From Desulfotalea psychrophila LSv54 (GTDB lineage Bacteria > Desulfobacterota > Desulfobulbia > Desulfobulbales > Desulfocapsaceae): 32,000 nucleotides of DNA. The stretch is from positions 2,490,001 to 2,522,000 of the forward strand of contig NC_006138.1 in NCBI RefSeq assembly GCF_000025945.1, read 5' to 3'. Positions within the stretch are counted from its first letter, which is position 1, and each line of letters opens with the position of its first letter. Shown here one piece after another: positions 16,658 through 25,960 of this stretch. The position numbers and the translations under genes were made by a program. Below the pieces are notes generated by a model. That model searched no databases. It saw only the letters and a list, made by a program, of their open reading frames with translations, and was not told the DNA's origin.

Positions 16658-17314
16658 TCAACACCCTATATCAAGCTCTCGAGCTATTGTCTTAAGAGAC
16701 AACTCTCCCTCACGAATGACAATAAGACCCTCTTTTTTAACGGCGAGTATAGTTGAAAAACCATTAAGGCCTCTCTGCCCATCATCAATAATATAATCAA
16801 CGAGATCACCGAACATATGTAAACAATCCTGAGCGGTTAATGCGGGTTTTTTCTGAGAGAAATTTGCACTGGTAGCGGTGAGTGGAATACCTGCACTTTC
16901 AACAAAAAACTGGGCCACGGGATGAGGAGAACGTCTAATGGCAATGGTCTTACTACCACCGGTGAGAATTGCTGGAATCGTCTCCTTTGCCTGAAAAATA
17001 AGGGTCAGAGGGCCGGGCCAAAAGCGTGCGATAAGGGGCTTATATAGAGGAGGAATGGCACATACACAGTCCAACAGCTGTGCATGGTTTGCCACAAGTA
17101 GGAGGAGGGGCTTTGACCTGTGGCGTCCCTTCAAGGAGTAAAGGCGCTCTATGGCCTCGACGTTATATGGATCAACGGCAAGACCATAGCTTGTCTCGGT
17201 GGGAAAGGCAACAATGCCACCCCTTCTTATGACATCCACAGCCTGAAGAATACTACTCTTCAGGCTGTGGGATAGCGGGTGAAACCTACTGAATTCGTTT
17301 TGCTTTTTCCTCAA
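16658..17314 (-). CDS. tsaC: L-threonylcarbamoyladenylate synthase (YrdC/Sua5/TsaC family)
   Basis: 218 aa. RRGGIVAFPTETSYGLAVDP, KGRHRSKPLLLLV, FWPGPLTLI and PLTATSAN are YrdC-domain signatures. The only ATG (17312..17314) lies 29 nt inside the upstream purD-purE ORF. Confidence 0.85.
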   Translation of the reverse strand: MRKKQNEFSRFHPLSHSLKSSILQAVDVIRRGGIVAFPTETSYGLAVDPYNVEAIERLYSLKGRHRSKPLLLLVANHAQLLDCVCAIPPLYKPLIARFWPGPLTLIFQAKETIPAILTGGSKTIAIRRSPHPVAQFFVESAGIPLTATSANFSQKKPALTAQDCLHMFGDLVDYIIDDGQRGLNGFSTILAVKKEGLIVIREGELSLKTIARELDIGC

Positions 17315-19058
17315 CTTCCCTCACCATGTTTTCCCGGAAATTGACAAGTTCTTTGGCAAGAGTATGATCGTTCAGGGCCAAAATTCGTAGGGCTAATACT
17401 GCCGCATTTTTTGCTCCTGATTTTCCTATACCCATGGTTGCAACGGGAATACCAGGAGGCATCTGTACCGTCGCCAGCAGTGCATCCATTCCCTGCAGGG
17501 ATGAGGCGTCAAGAGGAACGCCAATTACAGGCAGATCGGTATGAGATGCTAAAACTCCTGCAAGGTGAGCCGCCATGCCTGCTCCGGCAATAATCATTTT
17601 CAACCCACGTGCCGACGCAGTTTTGGCATATTCAGCTGCTCTCTCCGGAGTTCTATGCGCCGAGGCAACGGTCATTTCATAGGGAATGCCAACACTCTGT
17701 AAAAAATCACTGGCTGCCCTCATGGTTGGCAGATCCGAATCACTGCCCATGACAATACCGACAAGAGGCTTACTCGGCTTCGCCAGCTTTTTAGCCAGGG
17801 CCTTGCCACCTATATCTTTTCGATAAAAGCACTTATTCCAAGTAATACAGTCTGTTGCCTTATATGCCCTCTCCAGTGCCTGCTCAAGAGTTTTACCAAT
17901 GGAGGTAATACCTAATACTCGACCACCATTGCTAACAATAGCTTCACCCTCCTTCGCAGTTCCTGCATGGAACACTTCGACTCCATCCACCTTATCGGCT
18001 TGCTCAAAACCGGTAATAATATCACCACTGGCATATGCTCCGGGGTAACCACCGGAGGACATAACCACACAAACCGTGGGGCGTGGATCAATCTTCATCT
18101 CGACCCGATCAAGGGTACCATCTATGCATGCTTCAAAGATATCAATAATATCACTTTTAAGACGCATGAGAAGAGGCTGGGCCTCCGGATCACCAAATCG
18201 ACAGTTAAACTCAAGCACCTTAATATCATCGCCATCGATCATCAGGCCAGCATAGAGCATACCCTTATAGGGACGTCCCTCAGCGGCAAGTCCCTTAATC
18301 GTTGGTAGCATAACCTCTGTCATCACATATTCTGTAATTTCATCGGTCACTATTGGTGCCGGTGAATAGGCACCCATTCCGCCTGTATTGGGCCCCTTAT
18401 CCCCGTCATATGCGGCCTTGTGATCCTGAGAGGTAGGCAAGGGAAGAATTGTTTTCCCATCGGTAAAGGCGATAAAGGATGCCTCTTCACCCAAGAGACA
18501 ACTCTCCACGACAATACTATCACCAGCCTCACCAAAGGCCTTATCAAGCATAATTTCATCGACGGCTTTTTTGGCTTCCTCGATGGTCTTAGCAACCACA
18601 ACACCCTTACCTGCGGCAAGCCCATCTGCCTTTACTACAATGGGTGCACCCTGTTGCTCGATGTACTCTTTTGCCGCCTCTCGCTCGGTAAAGACACCAA
18701 AGGCTGCAGTCGGGATAGAATATTTTTGCAAAAAGTTTTTGGTAAAAACCTTACTTCCCTCAAGGATTGCGGCAGCCTGGCTGGGACCAAATATACGCAG
18801 GCCATTTTCTTCAAAAAGATCCACGATACCAGCAACCAAAGATGATTCTGGCCCTACAACGGTAAGATCAATTTTCTCTTTCTGGGCAAAATGAAGCAAA
18901 CCCTTTATATCGGTCGCTGAAATATTGACGCAGGTAGCAAGTTCTTCAATCCCTGCATTGCCAGGCGCACAAAAAACTTCCTCAACCTTCTGACTTTGCT
19001 TTATTTTCCACACAAGGGCATGCTCACGCCCACCAGAACCCACAACAAGAACCTTCAT
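17286..19058 (-). CDS. purDE: Fused phosphoribosylamine-glycine ligase (PurD, about 17772..19058) and 5-(carboxyamino)imidazole ribonucleotide mutase-type PurE domain (about 17286..17771)
   Basis: One uninterrupted ORF. The PurD N-terminus is MKVLVVGSGGREHALVWKI and its ATP-grasp core runs through ...CFYRKDIGGKAL. A short linker (AKKLAKPSKP) follows, then a complete PurE domain: LVGIVMGSDSDL...ASAHRTPER...IAGAGMAAHLAGVLAS...PVIGVP. I prefer the ATG at 19058 (GGAG SD upstream) over the ORF-track 19091. Confidence 0.88.
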   Translation of the reverse strand: MKVLVVGSGGREHALVWKIKQSQKVEEVFCAPGNAGIEELATCVNISATDIKGLLHFAQKEKIDLTVVGPESSLVAGIVDLFEENGLRIFGPSQAAAILEGSKVFTKNFLQKYSIPTAAFGVFTEREAAKEYIEQQGAPIVVKADGLAAGKGVVVAKTIEEAKKAVDEIMLDKAFGEAGDSIVVESCLLGEEASFIAFTDGKTILPLPTSQDHKAAYDGDKGPNTGGMGAYSPAPIVTDEITEYVMTEVMLPTIKGLAAEGRPYKGMLYAGLMIDGDDIKVLEFNCRFGDPEAQPLLMRLKSDIIDIFEACIDGTLDRVEMKIDPRPTVCVVMSSGGYPGAYASGDIITGFEQADKVDGVEVFHAGTAKEGEAIVSNGGRVLGITSIGKTLEQALERAYKATDCITWNKCFYRKDIGGKALAKKLAKPSKPLVGIVMGSDSDLPTMRAASDFLQSVGIPYEMTVASAHRTPERAAEYAKTASARGLKMIIAGAGMAAHLAGVLASHTDLPVIGVPLDASSLQGMDALLATVQMPPGIPVATMGIGKSGAKNAAVLALRILALNDHTLAKELVNFRENMVREVEEKAKRIQ

Positions 19059-19142
19059 ACAAAAATCTCCACCTAAGGATTCAGAAAACAAACAAAACTT
19101 AAACCATCCACAGCCACGGACAGGCGATTAGACCATATCTCA

Positions 19143-19628
19143 TTAAGCGAAATCACCGGTTTTAATTTCAACTACTTCAAACTCTCTGGTACCACCGGGG
19201 GTCTTCGTTACAACCTCGTCGCCCTCTTCCTTACTCAGCATACTACGACCGATGGGAGAAAGTACAGAAATAGAGCCAGCCTTCACCTCCGACTCTTCAG
19301 GGCCTAACAACTGATAGGTGACTTCCTCATCGGTATCAAGATCGAGCAAGACAACAACGGTACCGAAAACCACTCGCTTACAGGAAACCTGCAGACAATC
19401 GATTACTTCAGCGCGACCGAGCTTATCTTTGAGATCCATGATGCGTGCTTCAATCATGCCCTGACGTTCTTTTGCTGCATGGTATTCAGCATTTTCCTTG
19501 AGATCGCCGTGCTCACGTGCCACCTCTATCGCCTTGACAACATCGAGACGTTCTACCCGCGTAAGACGCAAGAGTTCTTCTTTAAGCTTCTTATTTCCCC
19601 GTACAGACATAGGGATACGATCGATCAT
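19143..19628 (-). CDS. greA: Transcription elongation factor GreA
   Basis: 161 aa. IPMSVRGNKKLKEEL...AREHGDLKENAEYHAAKERQGMIEARI is the canonical GreA coiled-coil, and it has a C-terminal FKBP-like domain. Confidence 0.93.
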   Translation of the reverse strand: MIDRIPMSVRGNKKLKEELLRLTRVERLDVVKAIEVAREHGDLKENAEYHAAKERQGMIEARIMDLKDKLGRAEVIDCLQVSCKRVVFGTVVVLLDLDTDEEVTYQLLGPEESEVKAGSISVLSPIGRSMLSKEEGDEVVTKTPGGTREFEVVEIKTGDFA

Positions 19629-19740
19629 TACCTGCCTCCATAAAAAAAAATTCCTGTTAGAATGTGTTTATTACACACTCCACACAGGAAGAGAGTTTAA
19701 TACAAAACTCAGTTGTTTAAAATAAAATTATTACATAGCT

Positions 19741-22700
19741 CTACCAACGATAACTAATACCTATTCGAGCTTGACTCTCATTATAATCATCGCTTCGTGT
19801 ATATAGAAGAGTACCATTTAATAGAAAATGTTGATTCATTTCAAGGAAAATATCAAATTTTCCCGTATAAGTAATATTTTGATCGTCTTCAAAACCCACG
19901 GCACCACCAAGGGAATAAAAACTTTCTAACTCATCCTCCTCCCCGGAGTTGTTAAACTGATGCTGAAAATAAAGAGACAATTTATGTTCTCTATAGTCCT
20001 CTGGACTCCAATAGGGGAGCTCAGGATTTACCTCATCTCCTGCAAAATATAAAAAGTCATATTGAAAATTTAACTGGGTTGTATCTCCGAATATATTATA
20101 AAAAAACCAGGGATGAAATTTTGTTTGCTTATTACCATCGGTCAAAAAACTCTGGGTATAGTCGAGGCCAAGGTCAAAACCCACCGGTGTTTCCAGAACA
20201 ATCCCTGCGCCAATATCATCGGCAAAGATCTCGCCATCAACTGCAACGATGGTATCATCAACCCGTCTTCGTCTGATCTCAACATAGGAGCGGAGTTGAT
20301 CTAAAAGGCGATAGTTCAACTGAGCCAAACCCGAAATCTCCACCCTACCATCACTGTTCAGATGTTCACCGCCAAGCCTGATAGCCAGGGAGATATCATC
20401 TGTAAAATCAATACCGGCACCAGCACCAAGGTACTGGCCAAAACTATCCTGATCAGCACCATTATAATCCGTAGCCCGATAATCAAAATAGAACTCTTGC
20501 TGAGGCGTTGGCAACAGACTTGCTCGCAGGCTAGAGACATATTTTCTCATATTAATAGCGCCTTCTCGTCCTTGACGATTATCCATCCCTGTTTCCAGAC
20601 GAAGCTGTGGGCGTCGTTGCTCTCTGTTTAGGGCAATAGATTCATCCAGATCAGGAAGAGTTCGACCTGCCTCCTGGACAGACTGATAAATCTGGGCCTC
20701 CTTATTATACTGGCCAAGACGCTTATATATAGGGGCAAGATCAATTATCGCCTCTGAACTTGCCTCTTCACTAAAGAGCTTTCTATAGTTTCTCTCGGCA
20801 AGGAGTAATTTCTTTTGATGGGCCGCGTTACGAGCTTCGTACTCCCTGCTGATTAATCTATGCCACCTGTAGGTAGGATAAAGGCGAACAATCAGATCTG
20901 CCTCTGGGGTTCCCAAATGGGCAATCAGATAATCTGGAGACATGGACTGTTCAAATATATTATTTTCTTGATAAAATAGTTGAACAATACCCTGCCAGTA
21001 GGTATCCGAATCTTTCTCTGTTGAACCAAGACTCTTCAACTCGCTCAAATTAAAGAATAGCTGGTCTATCAATTCTTTATAGAGGGAAAGAGATATTTCT
21101 TTGCTTCCACTCAGCCATAATGCCCGCGCTATCCGCAAGGATTTTTGGGTAGTGGGGGAAGAGTTCACTGAAAGTTGTATTTTTTGGGCAAAGTCTGTAA
21201 CAGTTTCGACACCCAACAGTTGCCTTATCTCCTCTTTGCTCCGGCCAAGGCGTCCGGTAACATCAGCTAAACGTCCACGATAAAATTCTTCATCGGGAAA
21301 TTCCTTTAACAGCAACAGGTACTGCTGTGATGCTTCTTTAAATTTGCCAAGGGCAAAGAGACAATCGCCAAGAGATTTTTTAATAAAAACTCTGTCATCA
21401 AGCTTGCTATCCAGCAGTTTAAAATACCTGAGAGATATTTCGTAATTTCGATCTCGATATGCTTGCTCAGCAAGCGCAAAGAGCGATGAAATGGATGCGC
21501 TTTTGAACTTATCGTCCGCCGGTTCCTGAAGCCTTGAAATAATTTCGGAGGAAAGTTCCTCCTTGGAAAAAAATTCCAGACACTGTTCATCCTTCCCCTG
21601 CCCTAACCAAGTTATACACAGGGAATTTTTCAGGCGTTTCTTTAAACTTGCAAAGGGAGAAGCAGACTTTGTCTTTTCCAAAAAGTGAAGCCTGTTACTT
21701 AAGACAAGCTCAGCAATATCATAACGTCCCTCTGCCCAAAGTATCTGAACCCGCAGAAGCGCCAGTTCTGTTTCTATCAGTTGAAGATTTACACTTTCTA
21801 ACTGATCAGCCTGAACTGTTAAGTAGCTGAGCCATTTTCTGGCATTGTCAAAATGAGAGAGTTGCAAATCTAACTTAACCAGAGCCTTTATGGCAGCAAG
21901 GGGAAAGACGGATCGGCCTAATTGTTGGCGTAAGATTCGTTCGGAATCAAAGACAAATCCCTCCTGACGTAATATTTCCGCTCGACAGAGCTGAACCCTG
22001 TCGTCAAGATCTGAGCTGACCAAGCTATCTGCCCTCTTCAGGAGGTCTTCTGTCCGAGAGAAGAGACCACTGCTTGCATAAATTCGAGCAACAGTTAAGA
22101 GAAGAGATATATCCGAGTAGATCAATTCTCGAGCCTCAGTAACGGCAAGAATATGAGTAATATCATCCAGCCTGCCAAATTTCTCCGCACCCTTCAGTAA
22201 AACAGTAAGGGAGGCTCTCTCAGGTGTCTCTAAAAAGAAAAGGGAATAAGAAGAGAGATATGCCTCAAACTTGAGTGCCATATTCTGTTCCATTTCTCTC
22301 CGAAACAGATAATAGGCCTGATCTCTAGCCTTTACCGGGACAAAATCCATATAGATTAAACTCTTCTTGTCTTCACCAAGAGCAGAGTAGATACGAGCTA
22401 TAGCAATGATATTGCTATCATTTTTTGGTCTACCAAGGCTGGCAAGAAGTTTTAACGCCTTTTTCTTTTCTCCACCCTGCCCAAGCTGGTTAGCCATCTT
22501 TATGTAAATTTTTTCAGGAGAAGAGGTCAGGGCAGAGAGATCCTCCCTGAGCTGCTCACCCCCAACACCTCTTGCTATAAATTCCCGGGCAAGAAGGCCT
22601 TGCAGGCGGGCCACCTGGCCTTGAATTTCTTGATCTTTAGGATATTTTTGTAAATATTTTTCGTAGTAGGCAAGAGCCTTATCGGGTCTCTTCAGAGTGT

Positions 22701-23580
22701 TTTCGTATATTCTGGCAACAGAGAGCCAATGCTGAACGTCACGTCCCTCTGTCAGCTTACGAAGATGGGGCAAGGCTCTCTTTCCGTCACCTGCATTCAG
22801 GTAAACATCGGCAAGTTCCCTGTGCACCTCCAAATCGTAGGGGTATATCTGCAGGTAATACTCCTGCAGGGCATGAGAAAAGGAGTGATAATTTTCATCT
22901 TTTATAAAAACAGCACTTGCCTGTAGAGCAAACCTTGCAGGTAAGCCTTTTTGTTCCATAAGAATATTAAAATATTTTTCTGCCTCGGCAAACAACTCCC
23001 TATTAAGACAAATTTGGGCAAGAGTTTTCACTGTCTCTAAGTCATCAGGGCTTCTTGCAAAAACTTGACGTAATAAAGAGAGAGCGGCATCGACCTTGCC
23101 CTCCTGCAAAAAAATCTCGGCCATTTTTTTTGCCGCAAGTAACCCTGGTTTAGTAAGAGGAACCTTGGCAAAGACCTTTTGAAAAAGCTGAATTGCCTCT
23201 CCATATTTTTTTTGTTTTAAGGCAAGACGACCGGCAAAAAGCTGATATTCCGGACTCTGACTATCCACCTCCAGAAGAGTAGAGAGAAGGGTAGCACTTC
23301 CGGAGAAATCATCTTGAGCAAAGAGCAGTTGACAGTATTCCCAACGAATTACCGTAGCACTAGGACGTTGCTCCATCAGTCCCCTATAAACCTCATTTGC
23401 CTTTTTGTAATTTCCGTCCCTAACCAGCGTGCGAGCCCTATTCCAATCCTCCTTCCAGGCAGGGGGGGCGGGCAAAACAATAACAATATCATGTTCAGGC
23501 ACAATGGGAGTCGCAAAAAGAGAGGTTGCGGAAAGAAAAATTGTAAGAACAGTAAATATATAAATAAATCGTGTACTCAC
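19741..23580 (-). CDS. Large exported TPR-repeat protein with a C-terminal outer-membrane beta-barrel domain (BcsC/PgaA/YaiO-like architecture)
   Basis: 1279 aa. Signal peptide MSTRFIYIFTVLTIFLSATSLFA. About 1000 aa show TPR-like periodicity (repeated A-x-x-x-Y/F...P-x-x helix pairs). The last roughly 290 aa have alternating hydrophobic beta-strand patterns and end in the OMP beta-signal IGISYRW, with hydrophobic residues at -1, -3, -5 and -7 and a terminal aromatic. Confidence 0.75.
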   Translation of the reverse strand: MSTRFIYIFTVLTIFLSATSLFATPIVPEHDIVIVLPAPPAWKEDWNRARTLVRDGNYKKANEVYRGLMEQRPSATVIRWEYCQLLFAQDDFSGSATLLSTLLEVDSQSPEYQLFAGRLALKQKKYGEAIQLFQKVFAKVPLTKPGLLAAKKMAEIFLQEGKVDAALSLLRQVFARSPDDLETVKTLAQICLNRELFAEAEKYFNILMEQKGLPARFALQASAVFIKDENYHSFSHALQEYYLQIYPYDLEVHRELADVYLNAGDGKRALPHLRKLTEGRDVQHWLSVARIYENTLKRPDKALAYYEKYLQKYPKDQEIQGQVARLQGLLAREFIARGVGGEQLREDLSALTSSPEKIYIKMANQLGQGGEKKKALKLLASLGRPKNDSNIIAIARIYSALGEDKKSLIYMDFVPVKARDQAYYLFRREMEQNMALKFEAYLSSYSLFFLETPERASLTVLLKGAEKFGRLDDITHILAVTEARELIYSDISLLLTVARIYASSGLFSRTEDLLKRADSLVSSDLDDRVQLCRAEILRQEGFVFDSERILRQQLGRSVFPLAAIKALVKLDLQLSHFDNARKWLSYLTVQADQLESVNLQLIETELALLRVQILWAEGRYDIAELVLSNRLHFLEKTKSASPFASLKKRLKNSLCITWLGQGKDEQCLEFFSKEELSSEIISRLQEPADDKFKSASISSLFALAEQAYRDRNYEISLRYFKLLDSKLDDRVFIKKSLGDCLFALGKFKEASQQYLLLLKEFPDEEFYRGRLADVTGRLGRSKEEIRQLLGVETVTDFAQKIQLSVNSSPTTQKSLRIARALWLSGSKEISLSLYKELIDQLFFNLSELKSLGSTEKDSDTYWQGIVQLFYQENNIFEQSMSPDYLIAHLGTPEADLIVRLYPTYRWHRLISREYEARNAAHQKKLLLAERNYRKLFSEEASSEAIIDLAPIYKRLGQYNKEAQIYQSVQEAGRTLPDLDESIALNREQRRPQLRLETGMDNRQGREGAINMRKYVSSLRASLLPTPQQEFYFDYRATDYNGADQDSFGQYLGAGAGIDFTDDISLAIRLGGEHLNSDGRVEISGLAQLNYRLLDQLRSYVEIRRRRVDDTIVAVDGEIFADDIGAGIVLETPVGFDLGLDYTQSFLTDGNKQTKFHPWFFYNIFGDTTQLNFQYDFLYFAGDEVNPELPYWSPEDYREHKLSLYFQHQFNNSGEEDELESFYSLGGAVGFEDDQNITYTGKFDIFLEMNQHFLLNGTLLYTRSDDYNESQARIGISYRW

Positions 23581-23640
23581 AATAATTTTTCAAAGGGGGA
23601 AAATTTACGGTTGTACTTTCCCGAGCCAAGGGGCAAAGTT

Positions 23641-23694
23641 ACGGCCCAGAAAAGTGTAATAACATAAGTATATTTCATACTTATGTTATTACAC
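23641..23694 (-). terminator. Hairpin (perfect 18-bp stem) plus U-tract downstream of the DegT-family gene. It may also act as an operator upstream of the TPR gene.
   Basis: GTGTAATAACATAAGTAT (23654..23671) is the exact reverse complement of 23677..23694, with a 5-nt loop. On the minus strand it is followed by TTTTCT. It lies 29 nt after the aminotransferase stop and 74 nt upstream of the TPR-protein start. Confidence 0.55.
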
Positions 23695-23722
23695 AAGGGT
23701 AGCTTGAAAAATATCTAAATAT

Positions 23723-24910
23723 TTAGCAATCTTTGCTGTAAAACTCAGCTATTTTATCTACCACATACTGCTGCATGGGGGCAGTAAGTTCAGCATAAAT
23801 TGGCAGGGCAATGGTTGTATCGGCGGCCTTTTCAGCCTCTGGATAGGAAAGGCCATGGCTATAGGCCCCCAAACACTCCTGCTTATGCAGAGGTACCGGA
23901 TAATAGACTTCACAACCTACACCCTCCGCGAGCAAGAAGTCACGCAATTCATCGCGTTTCTCTACCCGTAAAATAAACTGGTTATAAATATGAAAACGAC
24001 CGGCAATCTCTCCTTCAAACTCCTGATAAACCCGCTTGGGCAAGACCACCTTAGCCTCATCTAGCAATGAGGTGCGGGCAAACATCTCCGCATAACTATC
24101 GGCATTTTCGCGACGGCCATCATGCCAACTATTAAGATGAGGTAGCTTTACTCGCAGAGCGGTCGCCTGAATAGGATCAAGACGAAAATTACCGCCCACA
24201 CTTGGATGATAATACTTAGGATTCATCCCATGATTACGCATCAAGGCAAGATGATCGGCAAATTTTTCGTCGGTAGTTACAACCATACCGCCATCGCCAA
24301 TACCACCAAGGTTCTTACTGGGAAAAAAGGAAAAACAACCACATGTGCCTAGAGCACCAGCTTTCTTAACCTCTACACTGCCATCGGCATGAACAAGGGG
24401 ATACTCTGCGCCAATGGCCTGAGCGGCATCTTCAACCACGGGAATATTGTACTGCTCGGCAAGCTTGTTGATGGCCTTCATATCAGCACACTGTCCATAG
24501 AGATGGACCGGAATGATGGCCTTAATCTTATGATCAACATCAGCCGCCAAGACCTCTGCCATCTTCTCCGGATCAATATTATAACTCTCTAAATCAATAT
24601 CAGCAAAAACAGGTTTTGCCCCGACGCGTAAAATAACGCCCATGGTCGCGAAAAAAGAGTATGGGGTGGTAAGAACATAATCCCCCTGTCCTATTCCAAG
24701 ACTCATCAAACTAACCAAAAGGGCATCGGTACCACTGCTTACCCCGACACCACGGGCAACGCCACTATACTCAGCAATTTCCTGTTCAAGACCTTCTACC
24801 TCCGGTCCTTGAATATAACGGGTAGAGCGAACAACATTTACCACCGCCTCAACCATCTCATCTTCAATCGTAGCCAATTGGGCTCGCAAATCAAGCAAAG
24901 GTACTTTCAT
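23723..24910 (-). CDS. DegT/DnrJ/EryC1/StrS family PLP-dependent (sugar) aminotransferase
   Basis: 395 aa. VPLLDLRAQ...IQGPEV..LE.EIAEY, GTDALLVSLMSLGI and SFFPSKNLGGIGDGG (containing the PLP lysine) are family-typical. Confidence 0.9.
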   Translation of the reverse strand: MKVPLLDLRAQLATIEDEMVEAVVNVVRSTRYIQGPEVEGLEQEIAEYSGVARGVGVSSGTDALLVSLMSLGIGQGDYVLTTPYSFFATMGVILRVGAKPVFADIDLESYNIDPEKMAEVLAADVDHKIKAIIPVHLYGQCADMKAINKLAEQYNIPVVEDAAQAIGAEYPLVHADGSVEVKKAGALGTCGCFSFFPSKNLGGIGDGGMVVTTDEKFADHLALMRNHGMNPKYYHPSVGGNFRLDPIQATALRVKLPHLNSWHDGRRENADSYAEMFARTSLLDEAKVVLPKRVYQEFEGEIAGRFHIYNQFILRVEKRDELRDFLLAEGVGCEVYYPVPLHKQECLGAYSHGLSYPEAEKAADTTIALPIYAELTAPMQQYVVDKIAEFYSKDC

Positions 24911-24961
24911 GACATCCTATCATCTTTTAAATTTATATAATCAGGCGCAGAAGACACCGTA

Positions 24962-25960
24962 CTATTTTGACTGAATAACAATCTTTTCACCATCAAAATA
25001 GTCAATAATATCTGGCATTTCTGCTTCGAAATACTTCTTCATCTTTTTTAATAGGTTCACTTCAATTTGACGAACCCTCTCACGAGAAATGCCAAATTTA
25101 TCGGCAATATTTTGCAGGGTTAGAGGTTCATCGGTCAGCAGACGTTTCTCTAAAATCATCCGCTCTTTGTCGTTAAGGTTGACCTTGAGCACATCGATCA
25201 GCTCGGTAAGCTTAACCTTTATCTCCTTGCCAGCAACAACCGACTCAATGCCCGGGCCATTACTTGGCAGAAAACTCTTCTGCTCATCGTCTGAATCAGA
25301 GCGAACAGGACTCTCCAGAGAGACGTCCCAGTTATCCATTCTCTGTCCCATCTCAATGACCTCTTTTTCCCGAACGTTAAGACGCTCAGCCAGAAGCTTG
25401 GGTTTTGGATCAAAGCCTTGGGACTCCAGAAGTTTTTTTTCTTTATTAAGACTAAAAAACAACTTACGCTGAGCCTGGGTCGTACCAATTTTAACAAGAC
25501 GCCAGTTATCCATAATAAACTTAAGGACATAGGCGCGAATCCAGTAGGCAGCGTAATAGGAAAACTTTACACCCCGATATGGATCAAACTTTTTTGTTGC
25601 CTGGACAAGGCCAACATTACCCTCTTGAATGAGATCCATAAAATTCTGCATCCAATATTTCTGAAAATCCATCGCCACCTTCACCACCAGACGCAGATTA
25701 GAAGAGACAAGGGTATAAGCAGCATCTTGGTCACCTGATTCTTTATACCTTGTCGCTAACGCATCGGTTTCTTCACGGGTCAGCAGCTCATATTGACTTA
25801 TTTCCTGTAAATATCTGTGTAAGGCAGGATTGCTCACTGCCGGTAAATTTTCGTTATCAGAAATTGCCACCAGAGGGTTCTCAAAAGCTACCGGCACAGC
25901 TTTGTCTTCAGTCGGTAGCACTTCCAGTGGAGATGTTTCAGGTACACTTTTTTTTGCCAT
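24962..25960 (-). CDS. rpoH: RNA polymerase sigma-32 (heat-shock sigma factor RpoH-like), with a roughly 45-aa N-terminal extension
   Basis: Sigma-70 regions 2-4 are present: NLRLVVKVAMDF, DLIQEGNVGLVQATKKFDP, FSYYAAYWIRA, and a C-terminal HTH LTLQNIADKFGISRERVRQIE. TTQAQRKLFFSLNKEKK matches the RpoH box (Q-R/K-K-L-F-F-x-L). Confidence 0.85.
   Translation of the reverse strand: MAKKSVPETSPLEVLPTEDKAVPVAFENPLVAISDNENLPAVSNPALHRYLQEISQYELLTREETDALATRYKESGDQDAAYTLVSSNLRLVVKVAMDFQKYWMQNFMDLIQEGNVGLVQATKKFDPYRGVKFSYYAAYWIRAYVLKFIMDNWRLVKIGTTQAQRKLFFSLNKEKKLLESQGFDPKPKLLAERLNVREKEVIEMGQRMDNWDVSLESPVRSDSDDEQKSFLPSNGPGIESVVAGKEIKVKLTELIDVLKVNLNDKERMILEKRLLTDEPLTLQNIADKFGISRERVRQIEVNLLKKMKKYFEAEMPDIIDYFDGEKIVIQSK

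Noticed and set aside
18420-18894. Plus-strand ORFs of 141 and 107 aa inside purD
   Set aside because: They are antisense to the well-supported PurD domain, overlap each other in different frames, and have no motifs.
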